Of a stretch of 38,777 nt of DNA, positions 13,310 through 24,355 are shown in pieces. Both the position numbers and the translations under genes were made by a program. The notes under the pieces are model-generated. The model saw nothing but the letters and a program-made list of their open reading frames with translations. It was not told where the DNA came from and searched no databases. Every line of letters begins with the position of its first letter. The stretch's first letter is position 1. Source of the DNA: Octopus sinensis (lineage: Eukaryota); assembly GCF_006345805.1 (NCBI RefSeq), contig NW_021824647.1:1-38777 (forward strand), given 5' to 3'.

Positions 13310-13646
13310 GTGAAGGCGCATGGCTCAGTGGTTAGAGCATCGAGCTTACGACCGTGTGGTTGTGAGATGGTATCCCGGACCGGGCTGCGTGTTTTGTTCT
13401 TGAGCAAGACACTTTATTTCACGTTGATCCTGTTAGCTCAGCTGTAGAAATGAATTGTGATGAGACTGGTGCCAAGCTGTATCGGCCTTTGCCTTTCTCT
13501 TGGATAACATTAGTGGTGTGAAGTAGGGAGGCTGGCATGCATGGGAAACTGCTGGCCTTCCACAAACAATCTTGCATGGACTTGTGCCTCGGAGGGTAAC
13601 TCTCAAGGTGCCATCCCATGGTCAGTCATGACTGAAGGGAGTTCTC
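13310..13646 (+). mobile_element. tRNA-derived CORE-like SINE (family C), full length
   Basis: A box tggctcagtgg, decayed B box, CORE-like ttcttgagcaagacactttatttcacgttg..cagctgtagaaatg, distinct 3' tail. Confidence 0.85.
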
Positions 13647-14443
13647 CGCATATATAAGTAATATGCGTGTATAAATGTATGTATGCATGCATGCATGCGT
13701 GTATGTATAAATATATGTAAGGATACATGTATATATCTATGCATGTATTTCTAACAATATTTATATCGCTACGTCTAGACGGCATGGAACGAAATGATAC
13801 AATGCCTAGGTGTTCCGCAGATTTTAATTCACCACATCCACCATTTTGCAGGGTTCACTTATACGGCTGTAGTTGTGACATAGTCTACCATTTTGCAGGG
13901 TTCAACAAAAACACAGTTCGAATGATACGGCTGTAGCTGTGACCTAGACATAGGAAAAAAGGCAAACTGATCCCTGGTCCAGCAACCGTTCATAGAAGGG
14001 GCGCTGTAGTTTATGGATTTTAATCGAAAGCCTAATATTATAGACTGGGAAAGGTAGTTCGACATTTTAGAATATTGCGTTTGTAAAATAGCTGCAAAAC
14101 TCGTTAGATACTTTGATACAAAGTTAATTATTTTGATTGAAGAGAAATTCAATCACTTACAATTTGTTTTTTTTGTTGTTTTTGGCGCAGAGAGACATTA
14201 TCTATTTTAATCGATCCAATGTATTATTGATACGGGCATTATCGATTCACGCAACGATGATTCAAATATTGATTCACACGCATATTACTTCTCTTTCTCT
14301 CTTTTTCTCTTCCTCTCTTTCTCATTTTTTGTTTTGTTTTGTTTTGAAACATCGAATTTAAAGAGAGGAACTAACTATATGGTGGGGTAGCTTTTAGTCC
14401 GATGATCTCAAATCTTTGCAAATTTATTTCTGGTCCTATTGCA

Positions 14444-14693
14444 CACGCACACATACATACACACACACACACACGCACACACGTACACGCACACACAATA
14501 AAAATACACACGCACGTACGCATGCACAGATAAACACACACACACACAACACACAAAAACACGCTCACATACATGCATACGCCCACACAAATATACAACA
14601 TACAAGCACATAGGCAGATACGCATAAGTGTGTATACACACCATACACACAACACACATATATATATATGCATACACATACACACACATATAT

Positions 14694-14747
<54 letters not shown>

Positions 14748-14990
14748 GCAAATAAATATACATGCAATGTATATATGTATATATATATTATATATGTCTG
14801 TATATATATATACATATATTATATACATATGTTATATATATATATATATTATTATATATTATATATATATATATTATATACAGAACGTGCACATATGCAT
14901 GTATACACATACTCACACACAGACATCAGACACACAGACACAGACAGACACTCATATATACATATACATCTATCATGTAATATTATATAT
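14444..14990. repeat. degenerate (CA)n/(TA)n tract
   Basis: Directly visible. Confidence 0.9.
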
Positions 14991-15504
14991 ATAGTCCAAA
15001 TGCAATACAATTTTTATTTCGTACAATTCATTTTAGATAATATACAGATGCGTATATTATTGTATGAAGTCATGCTTCGACTCACAACTATGAATCGTAA
15101 AGGCAATAACACACGAAGGTATACATGTGTGAGTGTGTTGTGTGTGTGTCTGTGTGTATGTGTGTGTGTGTGTAGAAGTGTTTGTATGCATTTATTTCAT
15201 TTATCAATGTTTTCAGAGATATATTTCCGAAAATCCCCTCTCTCCCACCAAAACACCATTGTGAATGAAAAATTTCCCACCGATTTTTGAGACGAGGGCT
15301 GGGGAGAAAATAGAAACCAGATTCGGAATTTTCAGTATTTTCTTCCTGTTTCAAAATCTTTTGATATTTACCAAAGAATTTTGGAAAAATATGCATAAAC
15401 AATTACAAATTAAAGGGAAAAATGTTACGATTGTTGTGGTGGTGCGGGAAAGGTTCTGAAATTACGAAGCGTCTTCTTGCATCGTTTATATTCCACTTGT
15501 TCTA

Positions 15505-15850
15505 TTTAGTGGTTTTCGGCCATGCTGGGGCATCACCTTGAAGCTTTTCGTCGAACAAATTTTCAGCAGCATATTATTTTTTAAACTCCTTAGATAATGA
15601 GACGTAAACAAACCAACACAAGTTGTCAAACGATGGGGTTAGGGGTCACATACAAGCATACACACATGTGCACATCTACATGCACACACGACGTTCTTTT
15701 TTGTATAGTTTCTCTTTACCAAATTCAACCATATGATATGGTCTGGATCAGTGCTGTAGAAGACAGATGTCGAAGGTGCGACGCAGCGGAACCAAATCAG
15801 AAATTTGGTTACAGAACGAGCTTCCTAACCACTCAGTGATGCTTGCACCT
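15505..15850 (-). mobile_element. SINE family A, degenerate
   Basis: Plus strand ggccatgctggggcatcacctt, aaacaaaccaacac..ttgtcaa and gagcttcctaaccactcag..gcacct are reverse complements of family A tail, body and head motifs. Confidence 0.7.
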
Positions 15851-16047
15851 ATACTTGATCTTCTACTATACAATATGTCCTTCTTCGTTGAAAACAGTGG
15901 AGTCGGATCTAAGGGTATTTGGCTGCTATTTCTGGCGAGTAGGACAACTACAGCAAGTATTCCTTGGCTCAGTTCTTCTTAAAGAAAACCTAGATCATTA
16001 CCGAAATGTCATCCTTAAGATGTATCTACACATGAATATATGTATGC

Positions 16048-16104
<57 letters not shown>

Positions 16105-17046
16105 CACACACACACACACACACATACACACCTCACATATGAATATCTGTATATATATATGTGTATGTGTGTGTATGTGTGTGTGTGTATGTATGTGTGT
16201 GTGCTTGTATATGTACATGCGCATGTATGTATACATACGTACTCGTGTGTGTCTGTGCATACACATCCTTAATTTAACTGTTGGCCACAGCTCTTATAAT
16301 GATATCCAACCGTGAATGATAATGAGGTTTTCAACTGCATATTTTCGTTCTCATGTGATATAGCAGGTAGATAAGCAGGTGACTCGTTAATGCATTACAT
16401 TCGAGATAGAATTCAGTGGAGTTTTTATCTCTATTGATTATCATAAATTAACATAGATTAACAATCGGTCAACTACTGTCTCAGAAATACTGTCTCCAAA
16501 TAAACCGATGTTCTTGAGAATTCTGACAATGTGGGCCCAGGACGTGTTTTATGTGTCTGTTGTGGGGACTGTACAAGGGTAGTGTGTCTTTAATAACAAC
16601 TGTTTGGGGAGGTCACTGTGGCTACTGTTCTTGTTATTGTTGTTGTTGCTCTGTCCTAAAAGAGAACAATGCATGTTCAAAGACATATCAAGTATTCTAT
16701 GCCACACTGTATCATCCAGTGTTTTCTCCCCTCCTAGGATGGCTGAGTGTAATTTGAGGGAAATTTGGTTGCTACTTCTAGCAACTTGAAAGAGTAGGTA
16801 GAAACTTCATAACTGTTGTGGTTTCGATTCTTGCACAGGTGTGTTCGCTGTCTTCTCGTGTAAAGCATTTGATTTCATGCTATTCCTGTCTATGCAACTG
16901 AATAGAAGTACAGGTAGTACAGAAAGTACAGTTCTATATTTAAGAGATGAGGTATTATGCACATTATTTACATTCGACGTATAGTTGTCCTCATCTTGTT
17001 ATATCCTCCAGCCTTCTTCAGGTGTCTTGGGGAATTACTATTATTC

Positions 17047-17112
17047 CAGTCACTGCCTGGAATCGAACTTAGAATTTTGGGGTTAGTAGTCCACGCTCTT
17101 AACCACTACGCC
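17047..17112 (-). pseudogene. tRNA-like unit (A and B boxes) inside the Penelope 3' region
   Basis: Minus strand ggcgtagtggttaagagcgtggactactaaccccaaaattctaagttcgattccaggcagtgactg. D-arm/A box and GTTCGATTCC are present but the stems are decayed. Confidence 0.6.
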
Positions 17113-17178
17113 GTGGGCAGTTATGGAGTGAATTTTAGGGCTTATAAATCTAATATTTTCCTATCCTTCCTTAATACC

Positions 17179-17397
17179 TATTTCTTTACTACCCAAGGGG
17201 CTAAACACAGAGGGGACAAACAGATTAAGTCGATTACATCGACCCCAGTGCGTAACTGCTACTTAATTTACCGACCCCGAAAGGATGAAAGGCAAAGTCG
17301 ACCTCGGCGGAATTTGAACTCAGAACGTAACAGCAGACGAAATACGGCTACGCATTTCGCCCGGCGTGCTAACGATTCTGCCAGCTCGCCGCCTTTA
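17179..17397 (-). mobile_element. SINE family B (Meta-like central domain), full length with 16-bp TSD
   Basis: Minus strand ggcggcgagctggcagaatcgttagc..gagttcaaattcc..gactttgcctttcatcctttcggggtcg; exact TSD atccttccttaatacc at 17163-17178 and 17398-17413; CpGs retained. Confidence 0.95.
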
Positions 17398-17777
17398 ATC
17401 CTTCCTTAATACCGGTTCCCTTATGCTGTTCATATCTGCACTCGGTCTGCTTAGGAGGATGTTGTGTCCTAGCATATGTCCTGCTTCTTTTAGTCTTCAT
17501 ATTTTCCAGTGGTGTTCTCTGTTTTTTATATTAGCTTCATGCCACAGGGGGAGGTGGTCTCCAGTTTTCCATACATGATCAGCTATACCCGATTTACCAA
17601 TATCTCCTCGTGGAAGTACAGGTAGTGTTGTGGAGTGCGTGAAATTAGAATCCTCGTCACCATTGTTGTGTCTTGCGAAACCTTCATCACAACTGTTATA
17701 TCTTATGTGTGTTCGAAACCTTCGTCAACAGGATTTTTACTATTTTTCACTGCGTGTCGTTCGAATCCTTCTTCAAC

Positions 17778-18203
17778 AAGATTTTTACTAACATAACATG
17801 GCAGTCCTGGTTTAGGACGAATGTTGCTGTAATTTAGCTCCAGGAGACATCATCTCCAGCCGGCTATACGACACGATCTGAGTCCTTATATTGTTCGAAA
17901 ATATAAGGATACAGATCGTGTCGTATAGCCAGCTGGAGACAATGTCTCCTGGGGCTAAATTACAGCAACACTCGTCCTAAACCAGGACTGCCATGTTATG
18001 CTGGCAAAAATCTTTAACCCGGAAATCACGATACACAGATATTGTTTTGAGCTCGAGTAGGGGGTGGTGCTAGATTCCCTTGTTCGAAATCATAAGGACT
18101 CAGATCATGTCGTATAGCCAGCTGGAGATGATGTCTCATGTGGCTAAATTGCAGCAACATTCGTACTAAACCAGGACTGCCATGTTATGTTGGCAAAAAT
18201 CTT
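17778..18203. repeat. fold-back inverted repeat (~115-bp arms) plus a third direct arm copy
   Basis: 17778-17892 is the reverse complement of 17900-18014 with about 10 mismatches; the arm recurs at about 18091-18203. Confidence 0.95.
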
Positions 18204-18499
18204 TACTCCAAAGTGCTGTTGCTGAATATCTCTCGTTGTGAGATTTAAAAATAGTAATTTTTTAAGGACTATTACTGTTTTTCACTACGTGTAGTCCGAA
18301 TCCTTCTTCCACGGGATTCTTTAATATTTTTGACTGTGTATGTTCGAAATCCCCCTTCAACAGGAGCTTTTAATATTTTAGCTCGAATCCTTCGTGTGTT
18401 CGAAATCCTTCAACACTGTTATATCTTGGTATGTTTGAATTCTCGTCTCCACTGTTGTGTTCCCACTGTGTCGAGTTCGAATCCTTGTAGTCACTTCTG

Positions 18500-18900
18500 A
18501 CCTGCCAAATATTTAATTAAAGATATTCTATCTGTGATCTTTTCATCTTTTGTTTTTCATATATAAAATTTTGTCGATGTTATTGGTGAAGGTCAGAGCT
18601 AATCCTCCAAGTATATGGCCAAAGATATTCCATCCTTGACCATTGCAATTTAACTTTTCAGTAATATGGTCCTGTAAATATTCTTGTGGTTGAATTCAAA
18701 GTCTGTATTAATTTACTAAGTATATAAGCAAAGACATCCAATTCGTGATCTTCTCATCCTTTGTTTTCCCGTTATAATCTTTTGTAGATTTTATTGCTGT
18801 TAGGGCCAAGTTCAGTGCTACCCTCCAAATATATAATCCGAAATACACTCCATCCGTAATCAACTCATCTTTTATTTATCAATCACAATACATCTAAGTC
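18500..18900. repeat. degenerate ~105-bp tandem repeat
   Basis: Motif aaag(a)tattccatccgtgacc..catctttt recurs at 18519, 18621, 18730 and 18841, with further copies near 19282, 19411 and 19627. Confidence 0.6.
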
Positions 18901-18945
18901 TACAAAGGCTACAAAGACTACAAAGACTTCACATCTAAGACTTCA

Positions 18946-19135
18946 AAGATGGCAGAATCGTTTACACGACGGACAAACACCTCGCGGCATTGTTTGTTGT
19001 TATGTTTCGATTTCAAATACCACCAAGGTTGACTGTGTCTTTCATGCTTTGGGGATTGATAAAATAATGGGGTCGGTATATTCGTCGTATCCTTCCCCAA
19101 CACTTACTGACTTTGTGCCAAAATTTGAAACTAAT
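18946..19135 (+). mobile_element. SINE family B, degenerate
   Basis: tggcagaatcgtt..caaggttgactgtgtctttcatgctttgggg..gataaaataa..ttgtgccaaaatttgaaac. Confidence 0.8.
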
Positions 19136-19769
19136 ATATCCATATTAAGCATGCTTCTCTTTTTATTATGGGGATAGGGTAGGATAAAACCTTATGAAGG
19201 CTCCTTCACTGGCCAGTTGTAATGCATCTAATTCGCAGTAATAGTAGCAGTTGAAAACTGATGTTGAGTCTAAGTCTAATCAAAGGTATTCCAGCCGTGA
19301 CCGTCCTGTCTATTGTTGAGACACTATGTGGTCATATGTCGGGTCACAAAATTAAATTGAAAGTTCCTTGTTTAGTCCAAGTCAGCTCCGATCGAACAGA
19401 TTTATGATGACACGCATTCCATATGCGACCACCTCTTCTATATTCCAGGCATAATATGCCTAGGGCTATATTTTTCAATGCACACGTGCTCGTTGTAAGA
19501 TATTATGATGTGATTGAATAGAAATTTAAGCGTTATTTCCAGCAGGTCAAACGTCCGTATCAAGCATCTTTGCTAGCCCAAAGTTGTTTAGTCGCCAGTC
19601 CATCGTAACTGAGCGAGCTTATTATGGAAGGCACTTCAGCCGTGACCATTCCATCTGTTTCAGAGAAAGAGAAGTGAATGAATAAGAGTTGACTAATAGA
19701 ACGAATGATTGAGAATGATTGCAAAGGGAAGGAGAGGATGAGGGGGAATAAATGAAGGAATAAGCAAGA

Positions 19770-19811
<42 letters not shown>

Positions 19812-19852
19812 ATGACTGTGTGTGTGTGTGTGCGTGTGTGTTACGATCACAT

Positions 19853-20352
19853 CTTCCGTCACCATCACCATCGCCATCACTGTAACAACAATGCCATCAC
19901 CACCACCGTTACCACCACCGTCACCACCACCAACATCATCACCACCACCACCACCACCACCACCACCACCAACATCAGCAGCAGCAGCACCACCACCACC
20001 GTCACTTTCATAGACAACCTCTGTCAAATAATTTCTACCGCAACACCCATCGTCCCTACCATGCCCATCACCACGCTCACTACCAACATCACCAACATCG
20101 CCATCATCATCAATACCCCAGCTTTACCACCATATCATGAACACCGCCACCACTGTTCCACCATCACCATCGATCTGTCTCTACCAACCACAACAAAATC
20201 ACAGCCAAAAATTCGCAGCACCACACCTTCAGCTTTACCACTCCGCCGGCGTCACGACCACCACCAGCACCACCATACCTCCACTATCTCTACCAACGAT
20301 CACCATTATCCACCACCAACCCACATCACCCTCACCATTTCCACACCACTCC
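19853..20352. repeat. degenerate (ACC)n/(ATC)n trinucleotide tract
   Basis: Directly visible. Confidence 0.9.
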
Positions 20353-20539
20353 ACTGTCCCAAATGGCCACATGTTTAAGCGTTTCCTATCAATCAGTTTA
20401 GACAAAGAGAATGTGTTGAGTCCACTTGTTGATTAGTGGAGCCAATCAATACAGTCGTTAATTAGAATATCATTAAGATAACTAATGAATAAATGAGAGG
20501 AGTGAAGGTGAGGTTTGGAAACATCCATGAGATGAAACA

Positions 20540-22200
20540 GAAAGAGGTACTCACGCATATATCCACACATCCACATTCGCATAAACACATACAAACGCAA
20601 ATGCATACATATGTGTAAATATATATATATATATTATATATATATATATCTATATATAATATATATATATATATATAGATATATGTATACCGATGTATTT
20701 CTGGATGTATATATATATATATACATGTATGTATATATTGTGGAACCATTGTTATCTACGTACCATGAAGATCGATATGCTTATATGCCGCAGTATATAC
20801 ACATCAAATCATATATACAGATGCATACACATATGCACAACTGCACACACACACACACATATATATATATATCTATATACACCCACCATATATCAATTGC
20901 ACAGACATACAGAGCAAACGAAGATATAATTATACAGCATATATAACACACATGTACGCACTAACATTCAGATATACATACAGGCGAATCGTATACAGAC
21001 AGCAATATTGTCACATCCACACGCATGCACATACACACACACACACACACACGCATGCACATACACACACACACACACACACATTTCTATATATATAACC
21101 ACGTCAGAAACATAAGCAATGGTACATAATATGTGGCCATATATATATATATATATATATATTACATACACATACACACGTGTATAAACACGTACTCCAA
21201 CACATACATACGCAACCACACGGGTATATTCACGCATGTACATCCATTTTCGTACAAATCACATCTATGCAAATCATACATAGATCTTCAACACACAATA
21301 AATACGCATACGATATAACGCTCATACGCAGCCACACATGCATATATAAGCACAATTCCGCAATCGCACATACATATTCACACACCTGTGAGAATACATA
21401 ACCAAACATCACACTCCCATTTATATATACACAATGAAATAAAAACGCAGACTTACTCAAGCACAACTGCAAGGAAGCATATGCAAGCACACATCCGCAC
21501 ACTAACATCAGCACGCAAACATACAGAAGGACAAAAGGCACAATACATAGAAACCATCCGCTTATAACCACACACACAGAGGCACACACACACTTACACA
21601 CACATACACATATACGCTAACATATACACACCAATACTCCTCCATACGCTGTAACGCATTTACAAATAACCGAACATACGCATATAACTCCACATATATA
21701 CATACATATATGCATGTATGTATGCATGCATATACACATACATACACATGCATTGCAATGCACACATACAAACACCATACATACGCATATAACCACACAA
21801 ACATACACACTCACACACACATACACACACATGTACGCATATATACAGATATAAAGTCAGGCACATGCACAAATAATCGCACACAAAGTGATCCACTCAT
21901 ACGCCTAAAACCGTACATACTCATACATACGCATACATATACATACATATATACAGATATACACGCACATGAACACACACACATGCACACATACATACAC
22001 ATGCATATACACATGCACAGACACACACGCACAAATATAGACAACCATGCACATACGCACTCACGCACGTATACAGCCATGCACATATGTAACCCTACAC
22101 ACACACACACACACACACACATACATACACACACACACATACACACACACACAAAGGCATGGGCAATATTTGCATACAACCACGCCCATACACACTCCCA
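20540..22200. repeat. long degenerate (CA)/(TA)/(CATA) low-complexity tract
   Basis: Directly visible. Confidence 0.9.
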
Positions 22201-22501
22201 CTTAGAAACCCACGTTTAATCAACATCGGTGACAAGTTAATTAGCTCACAGCTTGATAAACTTGCATATTTAATTGAAATGAAGCAGGATTCAAATGAAT
22301 CCCTACTTTACAATTCAAAGTGACAACCATAAATAACCACGGGATACCCAGGTTCAATACTCAACAACGGCACTGTCCACATTTATTCATCTTTGTTCCT
22401 TAGTCCAAAGTCAGTTCTGGTCGATTAATTTTATTGTTATTGTTATTACTATTATTATTTATTATTATCGGCACAATAGTATTATTATTTTCTTGATCCA
22501 T

Positions 22502-22637
22502 AAGGCGGTGAACTGGTATAATCGTTAGCAGGCCGGTCAAAATATTTAGCGTCATTTCATCCGTCGTTACATTCTGCCAAGGTCGACTTTATCTTTCATG
22601 CCTTTCGGGGTCCTTAAAATAAGTATCAGTTACCCAC
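22502..22637 (+). mobile_element. SINE family B, 5' part
   Basis: aaggcggtgaactggtataatcgttagc..aggtcgactttatctttcatgcctttcggggtc..aaataagtatcagtt. Confidence 0.85.
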
Positions 22638-22639
22638 TG

Positions 22640-22760
22640 CACATGGTTCCGTGTTCAGTCCCACTGCGTACCACCTTGGGCAAGTGTTTTCTACTATAGA
22701 CTCCAGCCAACCGAAGCCTTGTGAGTGGATTTGGTTGACGGAAACTGAAAGAAGCCCGTC

Positions 22761-22797
<37 letters not shown>

Positions 22798-23020
22798 GTG
22801 TGTGTGGTGTGTGTGTTGCGTGTGTCTGTGTTTATCCCCCCCAGACCAATCGACCACCGATGCAGGTGTGTTTACGTCCCCGTAACTTAGCGGTTCGGCA
22901 AAAGAGACCTATAGAATAAGTACTAAGATTACAAAGAATAAGCCCTGGGGTCGATTGTTTCGACTAAAGGTGGTGATCCATCGTGGCCGCCTTCAAATGA
23001 CTGAAACAAATAAAAGAATA
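22640..23020 (+). mobile_element. SINE family A, 5'-truncated
   Basis: Homologous to 9766-10097, with an expanded internal (TA)n(TG)n tract. Confidence 0.9.
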
Positions 23021-23049
23021 AATATTTAAAGATTGTAGTTGTATAAAGC

Positions 23050-23622
23050 CGGAACAATGCGAGAATATATTAAGTAAGTTACAGATTAAAAAAAAAAACA
23101 GTACAAAATTGCAGTTTTTAGCTTGTACCTTTATATTTCAGGGTGAAGACCCCTTCTCCAGGGCATTCAGAAAAGCGGTGGCTGGAAAACGATTGTTGCT
23201 CAAAAGTGGATGTGGTGGGAAGAAACATTGGAAGAATGAGGAAAGTGACATGCACGGACGGTTGTTGCTATAGCAACCAGTCTGCTTCGTGCAGTTCTTT
23301 ACTCTTGTCAATTCGTTTTTAAGGAAGGCTTCCATAATTCCAAGATTGCTCCTGTTGCGTTGGATTGCCTTGATAGAAACTTTGAAGTTCAGGGTAGGGC
23401 ACTTCTTGAGGTGTTTCTTTGTCGAAGTGTTTGTCTGCACGTGTTATTTTATACGGATGTGTAATTTCCTAATGGTGCTTCCCACGTAGGGTACTCTACA
23501 TTTATTGCAGACTATCTCGTAAGCTACATAGGCCCTCGAGCATGTTTTGATTCCGTTGATGGAGCAGCCGGTGAGTGTGCACCGCACGGTGCACTCAGTG
23601 GTGTTTTTCTTCGGCAAAACTT
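23050..23622 (-). mobile_element. Penelope-like element 3' fragment (GIY-YIG plus pLTR)
   Basis: ORFs 23444-23656 and 23138-23440 are in the same frame, separated by one stop: CSRAYVAYEIVCNKCRVPYVGSTIRKLHIRIK*H..KKHLKKC..LGIMEAFL (VY.I.C..C...YVG.T.R.L..R..EH motif). A decayed hammerhead lies at 23126-23165. Confidence 0.85.
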
Positions 23623-24162
23623 TCCTATATATACATATATGTATGTATGCATGCATGTATGTATGTATATATGGGATTCACAGTCGAACCAAACCTAGGC
23701 GTGATTTGATGACAAATACCAGAGCATACCTGACTCTCTCACACACTGAGTTTTCCTCTAAACGCCTCACCCTTTAATGATAAGATCGAAGACAGAGGAA
23801 TCAGAAATGTCTGAAGGACATAGAAACTCGATTGTTGCTGGACGTAGAAAAATCGATTGACGTAGGACGTAGAAAATCGATGAAAGCAATGGAAATAGTA
23901 GTTAAAACAGACTCTCTTCAGATCTGAAATCGTGAAGTAGATGGATGAAACGACTATGTATAAAGCATTGTAATCCACACCCGTCCACCCGTTCAATAAT
24001 CCTCATCTTTTCATTTTAATCTATCCGTCTTTTTCTTTGGATCTATTCTCATCTCCCCATTATGAACCACGCCATCTCTTCATTGCGATCTATCTTCATA
24101 TCTTATATTTTATCCTACCCCATCTTCCTTTTATTATCTGCCCCATGATTCCAGTTGTAACG

Positions 24163-24355
24163 GTCTCGAATTAAGGCTCAAGGCCAGCAGTTTTAAGAGA
24201 GGGATAAGTCAAGTACATCAGCCCCAGTGTTTAAGCTTCGGATAGGTGAAAGGCAAGGTTGATTTTAGCGGGCCTTGAATTCAGAATGCATTGGACCGGA
24301 AAAGATGCCGCTAAGCATTTTGTCCGAGGCGCTCACGATACTGTCAGTTCGCCGA
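24163..24355 (-). mobile_element. SINE family B, degenerate
   Basis: Plus strand gaaaggcaaggttga..ttgaattcagaa..gctaagcattttgtccgaggcgctcacgatactgtcagttcgccg parallels 17287-17392. Confidence 0.8.

Larger units (their letters stand above)
16919..17612 (-). mobile_element. 5'-truncated Penelope-like element (GIY-YIG C-terminus plus 3' region), interrupted by a SINE
   Basis: Minus strand from 17610 reads RGDIGKSGIADHVWKTGDHLPLWHEANIKNREHHWKI*RLKEAGHMLGHNILLSRPSADMNSIREPVLRKD (KS.IA.H.W...H...W......E.HW..R..KEA motif). Flanked by the 14-bp direct repeat gaagtacaggtagt at 16905-16918 and 17613-17626. Confidence 0.85.

Noticed and set aside
17047-17112. Functional tRNA gene (also considered at 30713 and 13310)
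   Set aside because: Acceptor, anticodon and T stems pair poorly, and each sits inside a mobile element.
17640-18490. CRISPR-like repeat/spacer array
   Set aside because: Eukaryotic context, degenerate repeats, spacers similar to one another and no cas genes.
19560-20436. Gly/Thr/Pro-rich ORFs resembling mucins
   Set aside because: They derive from a degenerate ACC tract contiguous with (TG)n.
23805-23885. ctgaagga..gaaactcga hammerhead-like words
   Set aside because: Core mismatch, no stem II and no UH cleavage site.
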